A stretch of DNA of 64,000 bases from Xylographa opegraphella (taxonomy: Eukaryota): contig JALDZX010000009.1 in the NCBI GenBank assembly GCA_022813865.1, forward strand, positions 186,001 to 250,000. The letters are read 5' to 3'. Shown in pieces: positions 24,157 through 36,841 of this stretch. The notes below the pieces were generated by a model. That model saw nothing but the letters and a program-made list of their open reading frames with translations, ran no database searches and was not told the origin of the DNA. How positions within the stretch are numbered: the first letter of the stretch is position 1; each line of letters begins with the position of its first letter. The position numbers were made by a program, and so were the translations under genes.

Positions 24157-27040
24157 TCAATTAGTATCCATATTATCCAGGTCGGAGACAAATTCGAGCC
24201 CCAAACGGCGAGCTGGACGCATGGCTTTTGGCGATTCTGGCTCTGCACGTTGGATCTTAACAGGCTGACCATAGATACGAAAGCCGTCCGAGCTCACTAA
24301 AGCCATTTCTGTAGAGGCAGCGTCTTTGAATTCCACTAGAAAGACACCGGGCTTGATACTGTCACAGCTGACAGTATTGCCCAATATTCTCTCAAGGTCG
24401 TGGTTGCTCACAACATTAGGCACGTCTGAAACATAGACGAAGTTGTTCATGTCTGGCTCCCCAACATATTCCACCTGAGGAACTCGCGGGGCGTAGACAC
24501 TATCAGTACTATTGAAACCGTATGTAGCACCGGTGTAATTGAGGTCGTTACCTTTAGAGAGCGTCTCCTGGTGTGCTCGGGCAACTGACAAAGCAGATTC
24601 TGCAGCGACTATTTGGCGTCCGAAGATGCTGCCATCAATAGCTTTAATGGCGGCTTTCGCAGTCGCACGGTCGACCATGTCCACAACCAATGTGTGGTAT
24701 CCGCCAAGCATGCAGAGGTTTTCGATCATATCAGGTTCAAGCAGGCTACAAATGGTATCGATAGTGGTATCCGCAGGAAAATTCCATAAGAATAGACGGC
24801 GTCCAGAGGTCACCAGCTCATGATATTTGAAATGGTGTCCTTGGTTGAAATCAGAGCTAGCGATGACTCGATATATCAACGTCGGAAATGATCGAGCAAA
24901 CGACAGGCATGATTTCTCACGATCAACAGGATCAAAGCACCATTGACCGGGATCGCTAGGTTTAGAATTTGTGTCAGCCATAACGTTGAATTCGTGGGGA
25001 TTTGACCGGTCTGTAACACCACCTGTGCTTGTCTTTGCTTTCTTATTGGCAGGCTCATCATTTTGAGAATCCGGAGCTCGAACATAGCGAGCTTGGTTAG
25101 CATTCTTGACATCAGCTTTGAGGTCCGGACGGATCAGGCTAGGATCTCGTCCCAAACTGATAAGATTCAAGTTCCCGCGGATGGGAGATGGTTTCAAGTT
25201 CGTGGCACCAGCACGTGCAGCCTTCACAATCTTGACAAGTTCCTCCTTGACCTGGTCACGGCAGAGTCCACGAGCCTTCAACTCGTACCTGAGCTCGTTG
25301 CGGTTCATAAGATCGGGGTCTTTCAGTTGGATGCCAGCGCCGAAAATATCTGGTCGCTCTGCCTCGGCTGCAACTTGTGCTCGAAATGAAAGACTGGTGA
25401 TCTGACGTGGTACCGGAATGTCCGAAGGCAAGACATCAGGGTTTTGTGCAGTAGCTGGCGACGAGCTTCTTGGGTTTGGCAGAGCTAGTACTCTGCTCTC
25501 ATCCAGCTGATCGGTAACCTCGGAATTACCTCCGGTGACATCAGAGCTACTGCTGTCTCGACCTCCGCGCGATTCAGACAACGCCGCATGACGTTGAGCT
25601 TCCGCTGCTCTCTTCGCCGCCTCGGTCTGGAGCCGCTTAATACGTTTTGCCTCCTTTGACACCTTCTTTGCTTCTTCCGCGAGCTTTTCTTCCTCGGCAA
25701 GCTTCGTCTCATATAGCACTCTAGTTTCAGCCAGCTGCTGAATGCGCTGCATGGGATCATCGTCGACTTCGACCGGAATAACCGCAGTGCCGTTCTCTAG
25801 AGCTTCGTAGCGGTCGCGACATGCGTTTTGTGAGTAGATGGCAGTTGGTATAAGATCCTTTAGCTTGCCTGTAATGATCTCCCATCTCTGCTCATCTGCT
25901 TCCTGTTTCATACGATAAACGACTCGCTCTGCAGCCTCCACGGCTTTGAGCAGTCCTTCGTCCTATAAGAAGATCTGGTTAGTAAATCAGGAGGGGCTTC
26001 GACTTTTGTATGTACCTCTTCTACACGCCACACAGCAGCCTGCTCGTTGAGTTCCCGATCTTTAGCCTTTGCCATCGCCGTTCGAAGGCGTTTCCACCGG
26101 GACCCGATTGTCTTGTAGTTATAATTGACACGACCCGCATCTTGGAGTGTCTGAGCGATTTCTCGATCTGTACGCTTCTCCGTTTTCATGCGGACAATGA
26201 TCTCGTCGTCAGAATTCAATGCGGCAGAGATCTTGCGTGCCTGTGGACCGCGTCCACCGTCGACTTTGAGATTATGAACAGAGTCTAGTGCAACTTGATG
26301 TGCTTTTTGGAGCTAAGAAAAAACGCCGGAAGTTAGCTAATGCCAGCTTATTATTTACCAAGGTCAATGGCATGTGCTGCCCCCCTCAATCAAATAATAT
26401 AATATCAAAATCTAGACATTAGAATCGTTGCTTAAGGTACAACTACAACGAAAATAGACAGTGCACCCGAGCTTTCTGATTAATACTTACAGCTGTAAGC
26501 CCATCGCCATAATCAGAGCCCTCGCCAATGTTATCATCATCGACGTCTCCAAGATCTCCTTGACCTGATGAGACGGATCGATTGCGGTTTTCAACATATG
26601 CTGGACCTCCCAGTGGTTTCTTGGCTTCTATGGAGCACGTCAGGTTCAGAATTTTCTTCTCATAAAGCACATCTGAATGTGTATGCAGCTCTTCGCAATG
26701 GTTGTGATGGGGAGCGCTGATGACATATTAACGTACTTTGTGGATATTGCTTTGTACCCATCGTCTCTTTCGTTCCGATCGTCTCATGAGCAAACAAAAG
26801 TGTACTCGCGATCTTCTTCTCTCTCCTGGGCACTGGCTTCTGCATCTGGGGACAACCACCAGTCATCTGTCTACCGCGTATCGTTGCATCCATGATTGGG
26901 GGTTCTGCGTTTCCGTTCGCGATCGCACTGGATGAAAGGTCTTCAGTGCGCGTTGTGTTAGGAAGACTAGCGCGATTGGTAGGTGTTGCACTAAATTTGA
27001 AGGCGGAGGCCTTATGAGATACCAGCTCTTTATTCTCCAT
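24157..27040 (-). CDS. Hypothetical nuclear protein with Myb/HTH-like repeats, a SAP-like motif and two degenerate RRMs; 4 exons
   Basis: Three canonical introns join ORFs 26660..27040, 26443..26670, 25908..26219 and 24157..25941 in frame. Motifs DDEIIVRMK...IAQTL...TIGSRWKRL, MNRNELRYELKARGL...KEELV, LFLWNFP and VYVSDVP. Confidence 0.7.
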
Positions 27041-28733
27041 TTTTGTACAGTTCCTTCAACGGCCTGTCGGAATCCAGACCCTTAACAGGCTGCTAGTCAG
27101 CTGGGGGTCGATGCCGCAGTGTATGCCATACAGCTGACAGTTTTGAGTTGCTTGCTGTAGGAACAGTGTTGTGAACAGTGTCAGGACACTTCTTAGTTGA
27201 AAGTAGTGTTGAAGGCCTCGACACGCGCAGATTCTGCCTGAAAGATCGAGTGTTATGCTGATTAAGTAGATACTCGGCAGGACGAACAACGGACTGTCAA
27301 ATGTGCTGATGGTCCTCGTAGTACACGATGTCCATTGATTAACGAGAGGAGGATAACAGAAGAATTGGTTGTGAAAACATGACGGATAGTGACGAGTTAT
27401 AATATCAAAGCTTATCGACAGGCGATGATTGACTCTTTGACAACCGACTTCACGGCTGGTCTTTACGCGTGAATCGTGGCTTTAGCGTATTTTATGCCAC
27501 ATGTGCGAGAGGAGTTGACACAATTACGCCTAAAATGATAATTGACGGCAGCCTCCAACAATTAATGATCTGGATTGCTACTCAGTAAGAAGGTCGGCCA
27601 GGCTCAGGCGCTAGAAATTGTGATCCGCTTATACACTCAGTATTGGCGTGTCTTCACCACACAGCCAACCAATCTCCCCGACCACCACCAGGCCCCAATT
27701 CAGCATTCTATTAAGATGACAGCCTATTATAAGACGGTTATGGGTCAATCTGCTATAGTTCGCACATATGTAGGAGAACTGATGTGGATGTGAATGATGG
27801 ATGGATAGCCATCAACATTAGGTAGCTAGAACGAGGAGAAAGAATGTGTTTTGATGAAAGAAAAATAAATACTGAATTGGGAAGACCAAGAGTGAACTTC
27901 TCGGGGTATTTCAAAAAGCCGATTGGGCAGACGGAAGATGTTGTCTATAGCACTCGAGCTTGCGGCGGGAATGGAACTGGACTGCTGGCAAACAGAGCAG
28001 TATTTAAAGGACTAAGATTGAGCAAATTGAGACATTTAAGATTCGACTAGGCAGAAAAGCTCGTTATCAGTCCTGTACTAATGTATTTAGCGGTGTTCAT
28101 CCTGTCCGATGTCGTGTAATGGAAGCATCTCCTACAATTCGGCTTGCAATATTATAGCGGACTGAGAGCCCCGGGTGTAGATGAATAACATCTCCACAGT
28201 TGGAAAGGCCAGCAGTCTCGTGCACATAGAAGACAGAAAAGCAGCCGCAAAGGAAGCTACAACGCGTGTGGAATAATCGGTAATCAGGACCTAAAGGAAA
28301 TGAACAATGCTCGTCAATTTATTTCATCCCATATCTAAGAAACGAAAGCTTTAGTCGTATACAGGATATCAATTCTAAAAGTATTAGCCAGCCGAACCAC
28401 TGCTGAGAGAATGTTCCTCGAAGGCCGTAGGTACGAGAGTAGACAACAGACATAGGATGTGCGGTTGAATTTGGCTCTTGCACCGCCATCCGCGCTAGGC
28501 AAATTAGCCTCAGATCCATCCAGGTTTGCAAATGATCGGTGACGGAATGTGGCGTTACTCAGCCAAGGGTCCAGATTCGGGTATTTATCGATAGACCCCT
28601 CCAGAGTAATGATCATTTTCGTCCAGCAACAGTTACCTCTTCTGCTTCAACCCCTAGAACCGAAACACCACACCTAATCCTAGTCTAGCTATTCATTTCT
28701 CTACGGCTCCACTGCGTGTACGGTGATCTCAAG

Positions 28734-30209
28734 ATGATGGAATACTTTAATTACAAAAAGGCCAAGAAGCATCAGGAAACTGCGGAGAAATCCGAAATGC
28801 CAGTATTGACCGACGAAGATGAAGCTTTTTTACAACGTATCACATCAGAGGGTACACCCCCGCCTTTACCAGAACGACCACAAGATCTACATGAGGCTGG
28901 TAGCACGAAAGGGAACGATGCACAAATCGCTCTGATGAACGGCGCTCAAGATATAGCTCTCCCAGACGTACCCGATACACCTGAAGGAGTCCTCGTAGCT
29001 ATTGAAGGTGATAACGTTGGCAAAGGCAAAGAAAAGGCGCATGACGGGAGGAGAAAGATGATGTGGAGCTTCATCCGAAGAGATAGCCGAGATAAAAACA
29101 GAACAACTGCCGCCTCAGATCTAGACAGTCTTGCTCGAGGACTGAAGTCAGCAGACGCCCAGCCGAACGCAGATGGAAAAGTCTCGGAGCATGAGGCGAA
29201 AAAGGAGGAGGAGGAGATGACTACCGTGCTCGAACAATTGAACTTAGCAGCTGTTAATAACAGGGTCTTCTCGATCTCAAAAGAGTCTCAGGAACTCCTT
29301 CGCAAGTAAGTAGTACCTATCAACACCTGTGCGTGTATATTTGGGAGATGGCTGGATTTTACTGATCCTCTGCTTTGCCTACAGATTCACTCTCGTTCTC
29401 AAAGACCTCGTCAATGGTGTACCGACAGCATACGACGACCTCGAATCCCTTCTTACGAATTCCGAACAGCAACTTCAAAGCTCTTACAAACACCTTCCGT
29501 CATTTCTGCAGAAACTCATCGAGTCTCTCCCATCAAAAATGACCGGCACCCTGGGCCCCGAGATACTTGCGGTCGCCGCTGAACGTCAAGGCCTGAAATC
29601 CGAATATGTCACCCAAGCCACCGGCATCGCCTCCAAACTTGGCATGAAGGTCAAAGTCCCCAGTCTGAAAGACCTCGTCGCTAAACCCGGAGCTGTCGCG
29701 AGCATGTTGCGCGCGATCATGAATTTCCTGAAATTACGCTTTCCAGCTTTCATGGGCATGAATGTGCTTTGGTCCCTGGCAGTCTTCCGTAAGCTCACCT
29801 TCTAATATACTTCCTCCCTATTTTCAGAAGACTGTGCTAAAGCTTCTCTCTCATCCCAGTCCTCCTTTTCGTTTTCTGGTATTGCCACAAACGTGGACGT
29901 GAAACTCGGTTGGAGAAGGAGCGGCTCCTTACTGAAGCTGAAGCTGCGCAGCTGGAAGAGAAGATCACGAACGACCCAGCTTATGAGTCATCCCAATCCC
30001 GTACGACCACCGCTCCAGAAGGCGCCTCGATCGAGGAGGTTGCCGCCGGAATCATCGACGCGCAGGCCATTGAAGCAGCCAGCCATGCAGCCGCTCCTCG
30101 AGAAGGGGAGGCATCGTATGCCCCTGAGGGATCACTCGCGCGAGATATGGAGAAGCGGAAAGACACAGGGAGTCAGGTTGAGGCTGGTGAGCCGGAAACT
30201 GCTCGTTAG
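28734..30209 (+). CDS. Conserved hypothetical fungal protein with a C-terminal TM segment, two introns
   Basis: MEYFNYKKAKKH, PVLTDEDEAFL, VLEQLNLAAVNNRVFSIS|FTLVLKDLVNGVPTAYDDL, LWSLAVF|LLFVFWYCHKRGRETRL, joined by GT-AG introns. Confidence 0.8.
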
Positions 30210-31310
30210 GGCTTGAAGTCGAAGCGCTCGCTTATGCGTGATAGGGGTCAATGTCAGGGAGGTGGATGAAGACTCGGTGGTGGGCAACGAGAGGCGAACC
30301 GAGGAGAAGCGGAGAAGCAACGCTGCTCGGGCGGAACGGAGACGTATATGGGGCGAGGACGCGGTCAGCAAAGCGCCGTTGGATCGGCAGGAGAGCTGTG
30401 TAGTTTCTTAGAGCTTTTAGGGTTGCTGCTCAGCGACGGTGCTCGGCTTCCGGGTTTTTCGGCTCGCGCTTTCTTTCTTTCTTTTTGTACATCTTTGTGG
30501 GACGACGGTCGGATGATGATGGCTTCATGATGCCTCCTATGGATAATGCACTCACTCAACGCGCCAGCGCTGTTTCTCTGTTGATCCCACTTCCCTCTTT
30601 ATGATCCTCAGCAGAGGGCGATGGCTCCTCCAACGCGTGTTAATTCCTTCTCTTCGCCGTTATATTCCCCGTTCCCTCCCCACTCTCATGCGGAACGCTT
30701 TGTGTGGTGAGCGCATCCCCTCCACCGGCGCCGCCATCACCGCAGATGTCATGCTCTCCGTGGATCAGACAGCTCGTAACCGTCGCTCAGGCATACGCCC
30801 GAATCGCTTCTGGCAACTGGATGCCTGATCCCGGATAAGTCTCCGCTTGCGGATTTCTTGGGCAGGGGCGAGGTGAATGGAGGGCTTTGGGATGGGCTGT
30901 GCGTGGATAACGTTCGACGGGCGGGCTGGGTTTTGTGCGCTGAGTTATGCTAGCAGGGCTATCGTGCTCGGAACAGGAGAGCCTGGCCCTGCTAATAGGA
31001 TTTTTGTGAGTATCTGGCCTGGCACCAATCTGGTTTTCGTCGTCGCAAGGCATGTCACAGCATACTAAGATAGACCAGATAGTGTTTTTCATGCACGCCC
31101 GAACATAAGTGGGCAAAATCAATAGCTACTTTGCACCACCATTCTCCTGCGCCCGAATGCCATCTCCAGCAATCCATCTCGCAAGGGATATATACAGGAA
31201 GCGAACAACTCATGACCGAGCACCTCCGTGCCACCCAACTATTCTCCCAGCTGCAGAAGTTGAGTCTGCTCCCCCCTCTTTTTCCACAACACCTTCCTCC
31301 CATCCACCCC

Positions 31311-32023
31311 TCAAGTGATATTCTTACTCCCCGACCACTGACTACAACTCACCTTTGTCGCCGTCCCGATCGCCAGCCCGACGCCCGAGGAACCAAACAG
31401 CGCCGCAGACGCTCCGTCATCGATGCAGGTATCGAAATTCACATTCGTGCCTACCACGCCTCCGTCAGCCATATTTCCATCGTCATAGTATTCCTGCTTT
31501 TCGTCACGGCGGACTCGCCCGCGGGATGGGACTTACCGTATTGATTGGTGCCCGACATGCCGTTCTGCGCACACAGCGGGTTACCCTGCGCCGGGCAGAG
31601 GTTGTTGACTTTCACAACGATCGTCTTGGCGCCTTTAAGTGCGTGCCCGGAGCTGTCTGTCTGAGGGGTTAGCTGCCAGCAGGTGCCGCAGCCGGGGCCG
31701 GCGCCAGCGCCGGGGCCAACGCCGAATAGGTTCTGTTGACTGTTGTTAGAGTCGGGGCCGGAAGTTGGTTAGGGGCGGACCTCTGGTGGTGGAGGATGGG
31801 AGTTGGGACGGCAGGTTAGGGAAGCCAGCTGACGTACCTGCGACACGGCGGCGTTGTAGCCGGGATAGGTGTAGAAGCCACAAGCGGCGGTGGCGGTATT
31901 ACAGTTGGGGGAGCCGTTCTGGTCACCCTGACCGTACTTGGTGAAGGAGGCTTTGTAGGTCTGGGCAATAGTGGAGGGGAGGAAGGGTAGGGAGAGGAGG
32001 AACACAGAGAGGGAGAGCTTCAT
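31311..32023 (-). CDS. Secreted GH45 endoglucanase-like (double-psi beta-barrel) protein, subfamily C-like, two introns
   Basis: Signal peptide, then ASFTKY...ACG...AAVSQ|NLFGVGPGAGAGPGCGTCWQLT...TIVVKVNNLCPAQGNPLC...TNQY|GTNVNFDTCIDDG...VSCSQWSGS, which follows the PcCel45A-type layout. Confidence 0.85.
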
Positions 32024-34915
32024 GTTGGGAAGTGTGACTTTCGTGGAAGACAGTGGAGCTGGTTGAGGAGACTTTGAGGGCGCGAGGCTGTAAAGAATGA
32101 AGGTTTGAAGAGCTATGGGGAGGCTTTATAGAAGATTCCGTGGTACGGGCTTGTACCACTAACACATCCTTTCATCTGCGGTAGTTGGGCCTCGAACTTT
32201 TTCTGCATCCACGTAATTTGACGTCTACACCGTTCTCGGCAGAGAAAATCGACGCCGGCATCTTCCCTGTCAGTTGATATTAGAGTCCAGATCGCTGGCT
32301 CTTGGATGGTGGATCTCATCTCTATCGACCTTGCCTCCTAGCTCCACCAATGGTTCTGCGGTCCAAAGACGGAGGACTTCCTCCGGTCGTCAGAAATCTC
32401 GTGAATGCTACTACCGCACATATCACGAGAAAACTCGCTCATCCACAGCACGATCTCATCTAAGGCGATCAGCCACGATCACAGAGTGGCTGCTCCACCA
32501 GTCATTGCTCAGAAAGCCAAACATGGAATCATGGTGCTTCCTTCTTCTGAGATCGGAGATGATGCCTGTTCGCATACCGCCTAGGATATCAGCCGCTAGA
32601 TTCATGGATGATCTCTGTATGGCAAATCCCTGTACCGTTTTGGCATGCCTGATCGACTCACAGACGCAAAATGTATCCACAGTCCAACGATCCAGCTTGC
32701 CTCGAAGCGAGGCCTCACGAAAACATAACGGAAGCAAGTACAAGCACCCTTGGCCTAGTATTCTTCTCTTATGTGGTACACTGAGCACTCTGGCCTCACC
32801 ATTAGACGACATCTGTCTCGGACTCCTGCAAAGCTCGTAACCGATACAGAAATTTGATAGCATGAGATGATTAAAAACATTCTTGGCTTTTACTCGCTCC
32901 AATACCGCAATATTGAATAGTCGTTGACAGCCACACAAGATACTTGGCACAGCGACTTCGCTGGGGATTTATACCTTCGCTTAAGTATGTCGGCTCGTTA
33001 GGGTATCTCCGGCAGCGGGCCTGCTAACCGGCATATCATCGCCGTCAGTTTAAGTGTGTCCATACAGAAGCCGTGCAAACGGGATGTAGGGCGTTAGAGC
33101 CGTTTGGCAAGCAGATCGTGCCGGGTGGCATGTGGGAGATCGTCATTTAGAGGTTTCTCATCTGGCTTCCAGAAGTGGGATTCAGAAAGGTGATTGGACG
33201 AAGGAAGGATCCTGCAGTTGAACGATTATGAATTGCGGTAGCTTTTTCTGGGGGCGTGATTTTTGAAATTGCTGATCGAGTGTCGGTGCAGAATATGCAA
33301 GGTACAGGCAACGAGGCTGGCACTCTAACAGGCTCGCTTGTATGAAACGGGCGGGGAAGTACATGATGAGTTGGTTGAGCTTGCAGTATGGACAAGGTCG
33401 ATATCGGTGGAAAAGAAGCCGGTACGATAGGAGTCGATAAGGGATACTTGGATGCATGAGAGAAACTTTTTTTCCCGTAGGATAATCTGAGGCTGATCAT
33501 GTGGGCTGGGAAACGTAAGCCACCCTTCTCAAAAGTCTAGATCCAACCGAGATGTGTCAAGTAAAGGCAAACGATGCACTACAAGTACACTATTTTCCTG
33601 CTTGCTAACCGAGGAACCTATCACTTCCCAAGAGCTTCTTCGGATTGGGCCGAATCTCGGCCGCGTCCATTAAACTCAGGTACTCTTTCACCCTTTCCCT
33701 GTTACTACATCGAATTCTCGTCGTGACAAACCTGAAGAGAAAATCAAGTCTGCATAGGTGATTTAATGATCCAGGATGTATAGCCAGAAATCGTCACGTC
33801 ATACCACATCGGGTGCTGTTGGAGCTCTGTGAGAAACCGGCTGCGGTCCCGTGCTGGTGTTTGGGAATAGCAGTGTCCTTGTTGGGAGCAAAGAAGGCGG
33901 CGATCAAGAGAGCAGTCCATTTTTTTACATCATCAAGCTCAGTTTTTCCTCCTAGGGTCAGGCTTGGTGACCACATCGTAAATCATGTCCACCCAGTACT
34001 TCCCTGTGTCGATATCGCCACTGTAAGCACCCAGCTGTCTAACATCGTGGCTTAGCACAGTATAGCTTTGGATAAAAGTGCAGCCGTCGACCTCGTTGAC
34101 AGCGCTGGAAGTACCCGTTGCAATCCTTGTATCGTTGACCATCTGTTTGCAAAATAAAATCGATGTTGTAGCAAACATCCTGGAAGAGAATGTCACGTCC
34201 CGCCACGTCATATGGATATATTGGCCACGGCCGCGGTCACGGGATAGGGTGTCCAGACTACGAACGAGAGGCGTGCCGCCAATCTTCTTGTTGTTCAGGC
34301 TTTGTAGGCCGACTCGTAGCAGTGGTGAGTATAGTCATTCTAGAGACGGTACAGTAAAGATTGTTGCAACAGACAAAAGTAAGTGCAACTAGTTCTTTTC
34401 GGAATTATGAAACCAATTTAGCAAAAAAATGAGCACGAGAATCTGAAGCATCATTAGAGTCTGACCCATCAGGCACATGTTGAAGCATTGCACAGTGGTT
34501 CCATAAGGCAACAAGGTGGCGCAGGAGAATCACTTCGGATGAGTCTCGCGACCGAGTACCCAAAGCCGGCTTCTTGTCTGAAGAAATCCATAAGCATTGA
34601 TGGTCTCCCATGTGTGTCGCGAGCAAGGTCGTAATAGTGTAAAATTCGCATGGCGGACTGAAAGAATGGTCCATGGCCGAAATGATTCAGTTCCGAGAAT
34701 AGGAACAGCACGTGATTTCGATACACGCTAATTTATTTCGCCGCAAGAAGGGTCGGAGAATTATTCCGTGGAAGGCATGGATTATAGCACAGATAGTCGC
34801 AGATTGCACCATATGCATGCCAAAAGACTGTTTACCAGATCGCATACATATTGAAACCAGCCAAGATACATGCCATGTCAGCTCATGCCTCCCATCCGAC
34901 CGCATCTAGTAGTCT

Positions 34916-36841
34916 CTAGTAGTCTTCCATATAACCACCCCCATAATCCAGCATACTTTTGCTCGCCACAAAACTGAAACCCCCAAACGGATCGCCCTCA
35001 TCGGCCATTCCCCAGCCATAACCACCCGTGTCGTGACTCTTCAGAGTCGGACTTAGCGCCAAATCCGTGAATTCGCTTGCAAAGTTCTCTGCAAGCTCTG
35101 GGTCAGTGATCACAGGCTTGATGGGCGGCTCCAGCTCTCGCCGTTCCAGCAGGCTCCAGTCGATCTTGCGGAAGAAGCGGTGTTTCTTGATGGTTTGCAG
35201 ATCGCGTGGCATGTTACCTCCGAGTCTCTTGCTCGGTTCCTTTCGTAGAAATCGAGTAAGGAGATCCTTGGCGTCTGGGCCAAGAAAATACGGGAGTACG
35301 AGTTTTTGCTTCAGGATTTTCTCCTGGATTTTGGCGTGATTATTAGCGCAGAATGGTGGTGTACCGGTCAGCAAATCAAAGCCCAAGGCACCGAAAGACC
35401 ACCAGTCAACGGCGGTGCCATAGTCGTGGCCAAGTATGACTTCTGGTGCCATGTATTCGATCGTCCCCAGGATTGAATTGCAGCGTTCAGCACCGTCCAC
35501 AGCCACCTTGCTGAGACCAAAGTCTGTCAGCAGCAGGTGACCTTCGGAATCGAGTAGACAGTTCTCGGGCTTAAGGTCTCGGTAAAGTACGCCAACGGTG
35601 TGGTGAAGATGCTCCAGTGCAAGAACCATTTCCGCCATGTAAAAAGCTGCCGTCTCTTCGGGGAACATCCGCTCAGACGCAAGATGCGTGAACAGCTCGC
35701 CACCTTGAGCGTATTCAAGGATGAGATATAGTTTTTCGTGATCTTGGAAAGCGTAGTAAAGCTTGACAACAAATGGGTGTCGATTGATGCTCTCGAGAAT
35801 GGCCCGTTCTGTTTTTGTTTGTTCGATAAGACGCTTGTGTACGGTAAGGGAGGCTTTGCGAAACTGCTTTTGCGCATACAGTCGACCAGTTGCAACCTGT
35901 TTGACCAGATGAACGGTGCCATAAGTTCCCTTTCCAAGACAAGTAAGGGGTTCGAAGTCGGCTGCAGCCATCTTTCGGTGGATATGCTCCATCATAAAGT
36001 CTGAAGACGGAGAATCCTGCCTTTCCTGAAGTTCGCGACTTACGAACTCATGCTCCAGTGGAATTTCATAACTTGTCATCTCGGTCATTTCCGACATATC
36101 TCTATCACTTGCGGTATCCGATGTCACACTTGTGCTGCTTGGTGTTTCTGATCCTAGTTTGCTCTTATGTCTTATAGCGGAAGGGCGACCCGGAACAGGT
36201 TCTAGGTCCAAGGTATCGAGCTGCTGTCGCAAGGCGCTGATACCACCACCAGCCGAAGATGGCCGAAGATATGGACTACTCGTGAATAAGCTGCCATCGT
36301 GAGCCTTCAGATCCTTCCTCCTAAATGTACGCTGCGAATAGTCTGAATCTTCGTCCCCAGACGCAATTGGCGTAGGAGTAAAGCCGCGAATTGTCTTTAG
36401 GGCTGGTTCAGCAGCTTTCTTCTCGGCTCTCTTCTTTTTGCGCTTGGCCTTCCCAGATGTGTTCACAATCCGAGGTGTTGGATCCGGCATGCTACTTTCC
36501 GGATCGGGAAGGTTGCGTTGCCTACTCCTACTTCGAGATGCTGCCGGGGACATTGCAATAGGGATAGAAGAGGTACTAGCTCCATGTTTCGACGCACTTT
36601 GATGAAGAACGGAAATGTCTGCATCGTTGACCTCACTCATTCGTCTCTCGAGCTCTGCATCGCCATCGTCCTGAAGGAGAACGCCAACGTGATGTAGCGG
36701 CGACGTAACAGTATCAACAGAGCTGTTCTTCTGGGCAGTGTTTCGGTGTAGTGCGCGGCCTTCTCTTTGTTGCAGTCCCAGAAATAAGGGGAAACTACCT
36801 CCTTGCGGTATGAGGAGGGTTGTTGCGTCGTGTGTCGACAT
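34916..36841 (-). CDS. psk1: AGC Ser/Thr kinase, Psk1/Ypk3 (S6K-like)
   Basis: LGKGTYGTV, YAQKQFRKASL, YRDLKPEN, LTDFGLSK, GTIEYMAPE and AGC hydrophobic motif FGGFSFV. Confidence 0.9.
   Translation of the reverse strand: MSTHDATTLLIPQGGSFPLFLGLQQREGRALHRNTAQKNSSVDTVTSPLHHVGVLLQDDGDAELERRMSEVNDADISVLHQSASKHGASTSSIPIAMSPAASRSRSRQRNLPDPESSMPDPTPRIVNTSGKAKRKKKRAEKKAAEPALKTIRGFTPTPIASGDEDSDYSQRTFRRKDLKAHDGSLFTSSPYLRPSSAGGGISALRQQLDTLDLEPVPGRPSAIRHKSKLGSETPSSTSVTSDTASDRDMSEMTEMTSYEIPLEHEFVSRELQERQDSPSSDFMMEHIHRKMAAADFEPLTCLGKGTYGTVHLVKQVATGRLYAQKQFRKASLTVHKRLIEQTKTERAILESINRHPFVVKLYYAFQDHEKLYLILEYAQGGELFTHLASERMFPEETAAFYMAEMVLALEHLHHTVGVLYRDLKPENCLLDSEGHLLLTDFGLSKVAVDGAERCNSILGTIEYMAPEVILGHDYGTAVDWWSFGALGFDLLTGTPPFCANNHAKIQEKILKQKLVLPYFLGPDAKDLLTRFLRKEPSKRLGGNMPRDLQTIKKHRFFRKIDWSLLERRELEPPIKPVITDPELAENFASEFTDLALSPTLKSHDTGGYGWGMADEGDPFGGFSFVASKSMLDYGGGYMEDY

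Noticed and set aside
28335..28616. 93-aa minus-strand ATG ORF with splice-like signals, divergent from the 28734 gene
   Set aside because: Could not assemble a convincing spliced CDS or recognise homology; may be a non-coding divergent transcript.
30417..30425. Minus-strand CAACCCTAA as an alternative telomerase template
   Set aside because: Only ~200 nt from the end of a convergent CDS, with no pseudoknot or CR4/5-like elements downstream on that strand.
32274..32950. Overlapping 188-aa (+) and 164-aa (-) ORFs
   Set aside because: Non-ATG starts, random-like composition, and they lie in the GH45 upstream region.
33794..34340. Short minus-strand ORF fragments that look faintly protein-like
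   Set aside because: Broken across frames with no identifiable family; too weak to call even a pseudogene.
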